Part shown: positions 1 to 8,266 of the stretch, piece by piece
Layout of the letters: each line of letters starts with the position of its first letter
Numbering within the stretch: position 1 is the first letter of the stretch
Assembly: GCA_964514115.1 (NCBI GenBank)
Contig: CAZEPI010000011.1
Span: forward strand, 7,443-71,442
DNA: 64,000 bases
Source of the DNA: an uncultured Pirellulales bacterium
Lineage (GTDB): Bacteria; Planctomycetota; Phycisphaerae; Sedimentisphaerales; Anaerobacaceae
Direction: 5' to 3'
The notes under the pieces: generated by a model
The model's database searches: none
What the model was told of the DNA's origin: nothing
Seen by the model: the letters and a program-made list of their open reading frames with translations, nothing else
Made by a program: the position numbers and the translations under genes

Positions 1-768
1 TTGGCCAAGGCGATAGATGCCCAAGTATGTACGGAACTTGTCCTCACAGACATCGAGGTTGGGTCCATCAGAACTTGGGTGCGGAGCGTGGTCGGTGGGG
101 TCAGCGATGAAGATATCATGAAGCACGGTTGGAAGGCGGTCGCGCGTGCCTTCATGGTGGAAGGAAAACATGCTGTGTTAAGGATACTTGGAGAAGAACC
201 ACTTACGGGGGCGACACTTGAGAAGATGCAGAATGAGTTGGAAGGGTTGGCGCAGAAAAGCAAGGCGCGAAGGATTCCGGCATACGGGAGAGTGGAGAGG
301 AAAAGGCTGGTGGCATTTTGCGAGGGTACGTCTAATTCGCTGGCGCGCCTAAGGGAGCGGGAGCAAGCTAAATATATTGGGGCGGGGGAAAAAACTGAGA
401 TGCCTAAAGAGCTGCAAGTATCTGAGACTCTGAAAGAAGAACTGCTGATTCAGAAGAAAACTGTTGAAGGCGCGCGATTAGTGCTTGCAGTGAAGAAACC
501 TGATTACTTAGGGTATTCGATGTGGGACTTCAGGCATGAAGGACACACGATCGAGGCTGTTATTGAGGATCACGAGTGGTTGCAGAAATTTCAGATGGGG
601 CGGGTTCCGCTGGAGCCAGGAGACGCGCTAGATGCGAGGGTAAGAATAGAGGTGCAGGAGGGATTCGAGGGGGAGTCTCCCATTATACATTACGCTGTTA
701 CGAAGGTAGAAGATGTTGTGAAGTGTGACAGGCAACGGGGAATGTTTAGCGACGGAGATGAAGGGTGA
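1..768 (+). CDS. hypothetical protein (may be 5'-truncated by the window edge)
   Basis: The frame is open from base 1 (TTG) to the stop at 766-768. Composition looks coding. I recognise no motif. A same-strand membrane-protein ORF follows 80 nt downstream. Confidence 0.45.
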   Translation: MAKAIDAQVCTELVLTDIEVGSIRTWVRSVVGGVSDEDIMKHGWKAVARAFMVEGKHAVLRILGEEPLTGATLEKMQNELEGLAQKSKARRIPAYGRVERKRLVAFCEGTSNSLARLREREQAKYIGAGEKTEMPKELQVSETLKEELLIQKKTVEGARLVLAVKKPDYLGYSMWDFRHEGHTIEAVIEDHEWLQKFQMGRVPLEPGDALDARVRIEVQEGFEGESPIIHYAVTKVEDVVKCDRQRGMFSDGDEG

Positions 769-847
769 TTTTGTGGAGAGGGTTGGTGCTGGGGAGAAAC
801 AGGAGGCATCGACTGGGGGTACAGGGAGGAAAACAGAAGAGTGAGAT

Positions 848-1705
848 ATGGGGCCATTCAACAATCGAGAACTGGCAAGCGGTTTCTGGGTGATTGTGTT
901 TGCTGTTTGGGTGCTGCGTAAAAGCGATGTACGCAGAAGTCTCGGAGGAGTCTTGCAGGCATTCTGGCGTTTCAAGATCGTGGTGTGTGTATGTCTACTG
1001 CTTCTCTATGTCACCGGTGTGGTCACGTTGCTGAGGGAAATCGGCGTTTGGAATGTAAGTCTCCTCAAAGACACAATCGTATGGTTCTTCCTCGGTGCGA
1101 TGGCGATGATGATGCGTTTTGGTACTGGGGACAAAACCGGGAACATCGGTCGGCAGATACTCAAGGACAGTATCAAGGTCGTGCTCTTACTGGAGTTCCT
1201 AGTGAATACATACACATTCCCTCTGGTTGTCGAGCTAATCTTGGTGCCGGTGGTTGCGCTTGTGGCAATGCTGGATGTTTTTGCCAGCAAGGGTGACGAG
1301 TACGCCAGCGTGGCTAAAGTCACCGGAATAGCACAGATGGTCGTTGGTTTTGCGATTCTCGGGTTTGCAGTCAGCCGAGCCGTCGGGGATTTCCAGAATC
1401 TGAAATCTATGGACACCTTCAGAGACGTAGCTCTTGCTCCGCTTATGTCTGTCCTGATGTGCCCCTTCATATATATTATGCTAGTGCTTTCGAGCTACGA
1501 ACTCGTGTTCATGAGGATTGATTTGGGTCCTGAGAAGAGTCGAAGTCTGAGACGATACGCGCGACGACGGATTGTATGGTATGCGGGTGTTAGCCTGAAA
1601 CGGCTACAGCATCTGCTCAGGAATCATACGGTTGACCTGATGCATATGGAGAAGGAGGGGGATGTTGACGGTTTTCTAGAACAAGGAGACAGTGCTCGTA
1701 GGTGA
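848..1705 (+). CDS. hypothetical multi-pass membrane protein with basic C-terminal tail
   Basis: 285-aa ORF with several long hydrophobic segments (e.g. FWVIVFAVWVL, IVVCVCLLLLYVTGVV, LVVELILVPVVALVAML, MVVGFAILGFAV). No recognisable family motif. Confidence 0.55.
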   Translation: MGPFNNRELASGFWVIVFAVWVLRKSDVRRSLGGVLQAFWRFKIVVCVCLLLLYVTGVVTLLREIGVWNVSLLKDTIVWFFLGAMAMMMRFGTGDKTGNIGRQILKDSIKVVLLLEFLVNTYTFPLVVELILVPVVALVAMLDVFASKGDEYASVAKVTGIAQMVVGFAILGFAVSRAVGDFQNLKSMDTFRDVALAPLMSVLMCPFIYIMLVLSSYELVFMRIDLGPEKSRSLRRYARRRIVWYAGVSLKRLQHLLRNHTVDLMHMEKEGDVDGFLEQGDSARR

Positions 1706-1727
1706 TGGAGGTAGGCGGGGGACTGCC

Positions 1728-1741
1728 ATTTAAGATTTAAG
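1728..1741. repeat. heptamer tandem repeat (ATTTAAG x2), left half of the IS target
   Basis: ATTTAAG occurs at 1728-1734 and 1735-1741, directly abutting the IS left end. Confidence 0.8.
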
Positions 1742-2788
1742 ATTGCTCTGTAGAAACCTTTGATTAAAAGTTCTTTGTAAAAAGTAAATAAAGAAGCATC
1801 AGGTTGTAGGTCAGGACTCTCAGGGCGCACTCGGCGCTACGAGATTCGTCCGTTCGGCCACGAAGGGCATAGCCCAAACGACGCTTCATCCGAGACATTA
1901 CACTTTCTACCTGCCATCGCTGACAGTATTTGCGTTTGGGAAAGTTTTTCTTCATCTGTCTGCGGTAATGACCTGTTAACTCGCCCTGCTTGTGATAACG
2001 GTCGTTGACAGCGATAACCGTTGAGCGGATGCCGAGATACTGACGACAGAATCTATGATTCGCTTCGGCGTCATACCCGGCGTCGGCCAAGAGTCGGTCT
2101 ATAGGCAAATTTTCCGTCGCTTGGGTAACTGCAGGCATCAGGTAGGGACAGTCGTTGCTTGGCCCAGTGCTGACGATGCCGCCTGCAATCAGATGGCTGG
2201 CATTGTGGCAAACGATAGTGAGTTTTGTCCATCTGCGATAACGCTGCGTACGCTTGCCTTGACGCATTAGAAAGTGGCGGCTGACAAAGTGACTTTCCAG
2301 TCCCGTCGAATCAATAGATGCCTCGGGACGCTTCTCGATTAAGCCATCGACCTTGGCAGTACTGAAAATGGCGGCTAACAGGTTATCCCAAGCCCCTTTT
2401 TTAGCAGACGCTGCTGTGCTTTTTGAAGGGTGGTGTAGTGCGGAATTTTCGACAACCCTATCGCGGCCCTCAAGTCCGTCAAGTCCTGCAGCAGTTGCAC
2501 AATCCCGCGGTAGTCGGTTTGAAAAAACTGCCGCAGAGTCAGAATGGCGAACAACTGTGCCTGCGTAAAATCGTGTCGTGAACGGCTGGCTGAATATGGC
2601 GAGAGTACTGTTGTGGCTGTCTTCAGTGCCTGCTTTGCCAGTACCACAGGCGATTTGGTCATAATCCCGTGCTTGGCCATCGTGGAATCCTTTCCATTGC
2701 AGCTTATGGCTGATAGTTAAGTTATTGTCTCTATTGATACTTATCGCCATGACCAACCCTTATGGCTCAATCTTTTCTACAGAGCAAT
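1742..2788 (-). mobile_element. IS4/IS5-superfamily insertion sequence (two-ORF IS5-like), 1047 bp
   Basis: There are perfect 15-bp terminal inverted repeats: ATTGCTCTGTAGAAA (1742-1756) and TTTCTACAGAGCAAT (2774-2788). Identical TTAAG sits on both flanks (1737-1741 and 2789-2793). A DDE transposase lies inside. Confidence 0.8.
1764..2680 (-). CDS. IS5-like DDE transposase, orfA-orfB fusion by putative programmed -1 frameshift
   Basis: orfA (2375..2680) has a typical IS5 N-terminus (FAILTLRQFFQTDYRGIVQLLQDLTDLRAAIGLSKIPHYTTLQKA). The DDE part is in the 1764..2756 frame: IDSTG, LADAGYD, and Y-x2-R-x3-E-x6-K in YCQRWQVESVMSRMK. The two frames overlap at the minus-strand heptamer A AAA AAG (2396-2402). 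Confidence 0.75.
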
Positions 2789-2813
2789 TTAAGATCTAAG
2801 ATTTAAGATTTGG
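2789..2813. repeat. heptamer tandem repeat, right half of the IS target (TTAAG ATCTAAG ATTTAAG ATTTGG)
   Basis: Read directly from the sequence. Together with 1728-1741 it rebuilds an (ATTTAAG)n-like array once the IS and one TTAAG are removed. Confidence 0.8.
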
Positions 2814-2932
2814 CCCCCGTTGGAGCTTGCGCTCCAAGGCACGGGGGTCTGCGCTTCCGTCTTCGCCGAAGGCTACGCCGGACAAGTCGCTTCGATCGGT
2901 GGAGGCAGCTTCACTTATAATGGTTAGCTCTG

Positions 2933-4264
2933 CTATTTTACGAGGAGGGGGGCGGCGCGAGCGGCGACGAGCTGGCAGGGGAGACAATAATCGGCCACCT
3001 TTTTGCCCGGCGGGAAGGTTATCTGCTCGTAGGCCGTCAGGTGACCTTCCGCCTGGTGATAGGCAATATGTCCATACAGACTGAGCAGAAAATCGTTCCT
3101 GCGGCCAAGAGACCACAGTGCATAGAGATACTCGGCCAGAGGCCAGTCGTCCAGATGGTCGATAAAGCGGGTCATTCCACAGAACTGCCCCCCTGCGGAG
3201 AGGCGTGCGGCAACTACCCTTTCGGCCATGTCTTTAGGCAGGAGACCGCTCGAGAGCAATTCGGGCCAGTAGCGATAATTAGTGTAGGATGCCTCGAGTG
3301 TTCTGGTGAGGGACGTCGGTGGTCGCAGAGGTTCGATTCGCGGAGGCAGCCACCAGGCAGAGGGGTCGTCCGGCCAGGTCTTGCGGATGGCGCCAAGAGT
3401 ATCCTGAGCCAGTGCCGCAGCGACTTTGCGAATAGCGGGCGGCGACGTCGCAGGAGCAGCCGAGAGACGTTCACACAAATCCGCCCATCGCTGAAGACCT
3501 TTTGCCGCCCATGCGTTGTTGTGGAAATATTTGCCTGTGTCTTCTCTGGTATCAGCTTCAGGCACTCCGGAGATGAGACCGTCATCTTTGACTGCATCAG
3601 CGTGGAGCTGCAGAAGGTATTCGCAAATGCGGTCAAGCTGCTTAAAGCCATCCTGCCACCAAATCGCCGTGCCGGCCCTTTCCTCCAGCAGCGCCGCCGT
3701 ATGAAGCATCTGGCCGTATTCACTGATGGATGGGCCGTAGTATTTGAACGTTCCATCTTCACCGACGAAGTTCGAGAGCCAGTAATGAAATAGCTGGGCC
3801 GCACGGGTGTTCAGGCCCCAGGCCGACAGCGCATCTACCGCGGCGATTATCGTGGGTGGGAAGCCGTCATGGGCATCATCTGCGTAGTTACCTACGCCGT
3901 ACTTGGGATGGTCGCCCTGGAATGTTGCGTCGATATGTGCAAGTCCCGTCTTGACCGACAAGTCCAGGAAAGGATGGCCCGTGTCAACCGGCGGGTCTGT
4001 TTGAAGTCTTTTGATGTTCTCGGCTATTTGGGCCGGATCAAAGGCGGGTGACCCGGTAGTGCGAGGGAACAAACCAAGTACTTTATCAAGATCAGGTTGT
4101 CCTGAAATCATATTGCGAACGGGGTCTTCTCGCGCCGCTATCCATTGTGCTTTTGGTTTTTCCTCGAGTGCAGCGAATAAAGCCAAAGGTGCAACTATGG
4201 TTGCTGCCGAAATCGCGGTGCTTCGCTTGATGAAATCACGTCGCGTCATAGTGGAGTTTGTCAT
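2933..4264 (-). CDS. Tat-exported protein of unknown function (possible alpha/alpha-barrel glycosidase-like)
   Basis: Twin-arginine signal MTRRDFIKRSTAISAATIVAPLALFAA. The segment YFHNNAWAAKGLQRWADL resembles FWFANNAYAWLGLKSTAEAF in the 1137-aa protein (37354..40767). The fold assignment is a guess. Confidence 0.6.
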   Translation of the reverse strand: MTNSTMTRRDFIKRSTAISAATIVAPLALFAALEEKPKAQWIAAREDPVRNMISGQPDLDKVLGLFPRTTGSPAFDPAQIAENIKRLQTDPPVDTGHPFLDLSVKTGLAHIDATFQGDHPKYGVGNYADDAHDGFPPTIIAAVDALSAWGLNTRAAQLFHYWLSNFVGEDGTFKYYGPSISEYGQMLHTAALLEERAGTAIWWQDGFKQLDRICEYLLQLHADAVKDDGLISGVPEADTREDTGKYFHNNAWAAKGLQRWADLCERLSAAPATSPPAIRKVAAALAQDTLGAIRKTWPDDPSAWWLPPRIEPLRPPTSLTRTLEASYTNYRYWPELLSSGLLPKDMAERVVAARLSAGGQFCGMTRFIDHLDDWPLAEYLYALWSLGRRNDFLLSLYGHIAYHQAEGHLTAYEQITFPPGKKVADYCLPCQLVAARAAPLLVK

Positions 4265-4666
4265 TCTTCCGGTCTCCTCGATAGTCTATCAGCAGGTTGG
4301 CTCAGTTGTGCCACTGCGCCCGTGGGACCCAAAAAATCAAAGTCTACGGTATGACGTACGTTCTTACGATGCAAGTAGAATCGGGGAGTAATCGTAATGG
4401 GTCAGTTATAGACGGGGAGAGGCGGGGGGCGAAATTGAGAATGTGGAATAGAGAATTGAGAATGAAGTCAGGGGCTGTGCAGAGGACGCCTTGAGAAGGG
4501 CGTGGCTGAATATTGGGGGGGGGAACGTCCAACATCGAACGTCGAACAGGGAATCGGTGGATGAGTGATGCGTAGATGTGTTACGGTGGGGGGCGTTCTT
4601 AGAGTTAGAGGTTGACTTGGATAGATACCTGCTGATAAAAGTTAGACGGCAGAAAGGGTTATTGGA

Positions 4667-5605
4667 GTGAAGCCGACATTGCTCATCATAGCCGCGGGAA
4701 TGGGAAGCCGGTACGGCGGGCTAAAGCAGATTGCCTCGGTCGGGCCGAACGGCGAGATGCTCATCGAGTATTCCGTCTATGACGCAATAAAAGTCGGCTT
4801 CGGCAAGGTCGTCTTCGTCATTCGCCACTACTTTGAAGAGGCCTTCAAGAAGAGTATCGGCAGTAACCTTGACGGGCTCGTTGAAACGGCGTACGCCTAC
4901 CAGGAGCTCGACACCTGCCTTGAGCAGTTCCCTCTGTCCGGGGACCGGGAAAAACCCTGGGGCACCGGGCATGCGGTTTTGATTGCGAAGGACCTGATTG
5001 GTGAGCCGTTCGCAGTGATTAACGCCGACGACTATTACGGGCGTGGTTCATTCGAGCTAATTGCTAATCAGCTCTGTTCCAGCGCCGAGTCCGGAGCGAA
5101 CGACTATTCAATGGTTGGTTATACGCTGCGCGACACGCTGAGTGAGCACGGGCACGTAGCGCGAGGCGTCTGCCGGTGCGACGAACAGATGTACTTGGCC
5201 GGTGTCGTCGAGATGAGTAAGATTGAGAGAGTCGCCGACGGTATTCGCTATTTCGACGAGCACGGCAGAAGATGCAGTTTGACCGGCGACGAAGCGGTCT
5301 CGATGAACTTCTGGGGCTTTAAGCCCTCCATCTTCGGGCATCTCGATAGGCAGTTCCGCGAATTCCTAAAGCAATCCGGCAGCGACCCGAACGCGGAATT
5401 CTATATCCCAATGGTAGTTGATAATCTGATACGGACAGGTCAGGCCCGTGTGAAAGTGCTCGCGACAAATGAGCCGTGGTTCGGGATCACGTATCGCAGG
5501 GATAGAGATATTGCGGCGGCCAGCATTAAACAAATGATAGGGGCCGGCCTCTACCCCGAAAAACTCTGGCAGAACACTGGTAATTGCCCGCAAGAAAAGG
5601 TATAA
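4667..5605 (+). CDS. sugar-phosphate nucleotidyltransferase family protein
   Basis: The N-terminus LLIIAAGMGSRYGGLKQ matches the G-x-G-t-R-x nucleotidyltransferase loop. The ORF is 312 aa with a GTG start. Confidence 0.75.
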   Translation: MKPTLLIIAAGMGSRYGGLKQIASVGPNGEMLIEYSVYDAIKVGFGKVVFVIRHYFEEAFKKSIGSNLDGLVETAYAYQELDTCLEQFPLSGDREKPWGTGHAVLIAKDLIGEPFAVINADDYYGRGSFELIANQLCSSAESGANDYSMVGYTLRDTLSEHGHVARGVCRCDEQMYLAGVVEMSKIERVADGIRYFDEHGRRCSLTGDEAVSMNFWGFKPSIFGHLDRQFREFLKQSGSDPNAEFYIPMVVDNLIRTGQARVKVLATNEPWFGITYRRDRDIAAASIKQMIGAGLYPEKLWQNTGNCPQEKV

Positions 5606-5672
5606 TCACCGATAGAGGAACGTATTTGCGTTATCAGATAGCGCCGAGCGGAGCATATTGAAAAGTGCATAT

Positions 5673-6021
5673 GGGGGCGAATGGCTTCGACCGGATGTCG
5701 GACGGTCAAGCTGCATGCCCAGGATGCCGGTTGGCCTGGCTAATCATCCGGCACACGATTAATTGGCAACTACCAGTTGCGAATGGCTGCTTAATTAGCA
5801 GCCCGTCCTTTCAGGCAGTGTCTGCGGGCCTGAGATGGGCGTCAGATAGCGGGCTGCGCTGCGCGGTTTTTCGGGCTGGGTGGCTAAGACAAATCCCGAA
5901 ATAGCCGAGCCGGCGGCCTGTCGCCTGGCGGTCGGTAAGGCGAATTGTAATAAAGCGACTAAGCATGTAGAGGCTTGTCTTGAAGCATCACGGGACGGGG
6001 GTTCGAATCCCCCCGCCTCCA
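5673..6021 (+). ncRNA. ssrA: tmRNA (SsrA), 349 nt, CCA not encoded
   Basis: 5' GGGGGCG (5673-5679) pairs with CGCCTCC (6014-6020) and includes the G3:U alanine identity pair. The T-arm is GGGGG-TTCGAAT-CCCCC (5997-6013). The conserved ACTAAGCATGTAG box is at 5958-5970. The candidate tag frame GGC AAC TAC CAG TTG CGA ATG GCT GCT TAA (5765-5794) has its stop in a hairpin loop (GCTGC-TTAATTA-GCAGC). Confidence 0.93.
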
Positions 6022-6029
6022 TTGAAGAA

Positions 6030-6066
6030 AATCCTTGATATTGTTGTGATATCAGGGATTTTTTTG
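6030..6066 (+). terminator. rho-independent terminator of ssrA
   Basis: A 12-bp stem AATCCTTGATAT / ATATCAGGGATT (one G:U), a 7-nt loop, then a T-run (6059-6065). Confidence 0.75.
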
Positions 6067-6170
6067 TTCTTCACAGTGAAACTTGTTGCGGCTATGAGTC
6101 TGCGCGCAAAAGGGAGAAGTTTTTGAAATCCGGACAAGGTAGAAAATTCCTCGAGAAGTTGTGCCCACGA

Positions 6171-6232
6171 GGTTCGCCCGCCTCCGGCGGGTAAACCCGC
6201 CTATGGCGGGTAAAAATCCCCCCGCCTCCATT
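6171..6232 (+). repeat. att-like duplicates of the tmRNA 3' end plus two tandem 19-nt hairpin units
   Basis: 6215-6232 (AATCCCCCCGCCTCCATT) is an exact 18-nt copy of tmRNA 6006-6023. 6171-6185 (GGTTCGCCCGCCTCC) equals tmRNA 6000-6020 minus 6 nt. CCCGCC-NNN-GGCGGG-TAAA occurs twice (6177-6195 and 6196-6214). Confidence 0.7.
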
Positions 6233-6414
6233 CTGCATCCATACACATCTTCTGACCTTCTGATCATGAGTGGTGCACATCATGCATTTGCCCCGCCGGC
6301 TAATCGCTCAGTGTATCTGTGTATTATCAGCATGTTCGGCGAAGATTTTTGCCTCTTCTATGGTCTTGACCTGCTTGCCGTGAACGGTGAGGTTCTCGAT
6401 TCGGATGTCCTCGG

Positions 6415-7152
6415 CTAATGCATGAGCAATTCTCTGAGTGTTTTTGCGTTGTTGACGGCGTGGGCCTGGATGTCGTTGTTGAAGTAGGCGTAGGCGGCGT
6501 GGGCGTTTGAGGTATGCTGCTTAATCCAGTCGGCCCATTTTTTGAGCATTGGCTCTGTGTAGTTGCCGCGGTATCGCCCGCTCGTGCCGTGAAAGCGAAT
6601 GTAAAGACGGCCGCCGGTGATTAAACGCGGTGTCGTCAGCTCACCGAGGTCGTGGATGCAAAAGCCGACACCATTCTTGTTGAGCAGTTCAAAGGTGTCA
6701 TCCTCGTACCAGCTCTTGTGACGGAACTCAAAAACCGACGTATGTCTTTTGGGCAATAGTTTTACAAAGGCGGTGAGTCGCTCGAGGTCTTTGTGTAATG
6801 AAGGCGGCAGTTGATAGAGTATGGGGCCAAGGTGGCTTTTGAGCATTTCGATTCGCTCGAAGAATCGCTCCAGTTCTTCCTCACAGTTGCTGATTTTCTT
6901 GATATGCGTAATGTAGCGGTTGGCCTTTACGGTGAACTTAAAACCCTTCGGGGCTTTCTTTCGCCAGTTCTCGAAGGTCTGCTCTTTGGGCAGATGGTAG
7001 AAGGTATTGTTTATCTCGACCGTGTCGAAGTGCTGCGCATAGAAGTCGAGCCATTTATTCTTGGGCAGGCTGTGCGGATAGAATTTTTTCTTCCAGTGGT
7101 CGTAGTGCCAGCCGGATGTCCCTATCCGAATCTCACATTTTCGCCTGTTCAT
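6415..7152 (-). CDS. DUF72 family protein
   Basis: The hallmark N-terminus IRIGTSGWHYDHWKKKFYP is present, and the 245-aa length fits the family. Confidence 0.85.
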   Translation of the reverse strand: MNRRKCEIRIGTSGWHYDHWKKKFYPHSLPKNKWLDFYAQHFDTVEINNTFYHLPKEQTFENWRKKAPKGFKFTVKANRYITHIKKISNCEEELERFFERIEMLKSHLGPILYQLPPSLHKDLERLTAFVKLLPKRHTSVFEFRHKSWYEDDTFELLNKNGVGFCIHDLGELTTPRLITGGRLYIRFHGTSGRYRGNYTEPMLKKWADWIKQHTSNAHAAYAYFNNDIQAHAVNNAKTLRELLMH

Positions 7153-7172
7153 AGCAGGCCGCCCGCTTGTGG

Positions 7173-8243
7173 CTAAAGGCCGTACAGCTCGGCCATATAG
7201 CGGTTCGGCTTAAAGTGGTATTGGCACTGGTCAAGCGGCGTTCCAATTGGCTCTATCTTGTCCAAATCACCCTGCCCCATCCCCGCCTCATTCAAGGTCG
7301 AAAGGTACATAATCCGTGTCGGGTCGAATCCCATAATCTTCGTCGCCAGCGTGTCCGCCGCCAGGGCGTCGCGGCTCGCCAGGGCAATGCGCGAATCAAA
7401 CGGCGTTCCCCTTGTCGGGCCGTCGCCTTCCATCGCCTCGAATCCGTCAATCACAGCCAAATCGGGATAAATCTGCTGGGCCAAATGAAACATATTAAAG
7501 TGCAGTATGGTGTTTACGGCGCGCCGGCCCGTGTGCATCTGGAATTTGTCGTTACCGGCCTCGTCACTGACCGGCGCACCCAGCAGGACGTTCTTCAATG
7601 AAAGCGTCGTTACAACCCGGTCGTGTGTCTTCATCTGCGCGGCCGAAATTATGTAAACGTTCGGGTCAAGAAAAGTGGATATGATTCGAATCGGGATTGG
7701 CCGGTTGCCCTGGCCGAATACATACCGGTATTGCCAGCTTTGTTTGTTCAGGTCGATGAGTGCGACGTCGTATTCTTTCTGCAGGTCGAGATATCCGTAG
7801 TTTTTGAACCCGTCCGGGGTCTGGCCGAACGCACTTGCCTCGCCGATTATTACCTGCTTTTTGTAGTGCGGCTTTAGAAAATCAAGAATCGCACGCACAG
7901 CATCGACGTGTGTCGCGCAGAGCTGATTCCACGTTGTCACCATGTTCGGTTTTATCAGTATCTGTTTGTCGCCTATCGACGCAAGCACCTGGTCTTCCAT
8001 CTTCTTCAGCGCCTGATAGACTATGTCTCGCCGGTCGTTTCCTTTGACGAGTGCGACCTGGGCCGGGGCGGTTCTTTTCTCGTATAAAGATTTTTCGCCC
8101 TGCCCCTGTTTGGCCTGCTCGTCGCCCGCCAAGGCCCGGCTGCCCAGACCAAGCAAGTCCGTAGCGACAAATCCACCCACGGCAGCGGCGCCGAGAGTTT
8201 TCAGTATTTGCCGACGGTTCAGCCGGTTGTGTAACTGCGGCAT
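7173..8243 (-). CDS. Tat-exported DUF362 domain protein
   Basis: Tat signal NRRQILKTLGAAAVGG. DUF362-like motifs ILIKPNMV and MKTHDRVVTTLSLKNVLLG. Confidence 0.7.
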   Translation of the reverse strand: MPQLHNRLNRRQILKTLGAAAVGGFVATDLLGLGSRALAGDEQAKQGQGEKSLYEKRTAPAQVALVKGNDRRDIVYQALKKMEDQVLASIGDKQILIKPNMVTTWNQLCATHVDAVRAILDFLKPHYKKQVIIGEASAFGQTPDGFKNYGYLDLQKEYDVALIDLNKQSWQYRYVFGQGNRPIPIRIISTFLDPNVYIISAAQMKTHDRVVTTLSLKNVLLGAPVSDEAGNDKFQMHTGRRAVNTILHFNMFHLAQQIYPDLAVIDGFEAMEGDGPTRGTPFDSRIALASRDALAADTLATKIMGFDPTRIMYLSTLNEAGMGQGDLDKIEPIGTPLDQCQYHFKPNRYMAELYGL

Positions 8244-8266
8244 CTTATTCCCCCTTTTTTTCCGGC

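Noticed and set aside
2796-3116. The ORFs 2796..3116 (minus) and 2827..3084 (plus) beside the IS right end.
   Set aside because: Their translations are Arg/Pro/Ser-rich and low-complexity, and they overlap the 3' end of the convincing 2933..4264 gene. They are probably non-coding.
4419-4434. GAGGCGGGGGG-CGAA, an 11-nt exact match (plus CGAA after a 3-nt gap) to the reverse complement of the tmRNA 3' end. A weaker ATGGAGG..GCGGGGGA lies at 1706-1722.
   Set aside because: The matches are short and G-rich, so in a GC-rich genome they could arise by chance. They are much weaker than the 18-nt and 20-nt copies at 6215 and 41623. I note them only as something to include in a genome-wide att-core search.
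5795-6267. The protein ORFs 5795..6022 and 6052..6267 (minus) and 5665..5904 (plus).
   Set aside because: They overlap the tmRNA gene and its duplicated 3' end. Their shared MEAGGF start simply reflects the att-core duplication.
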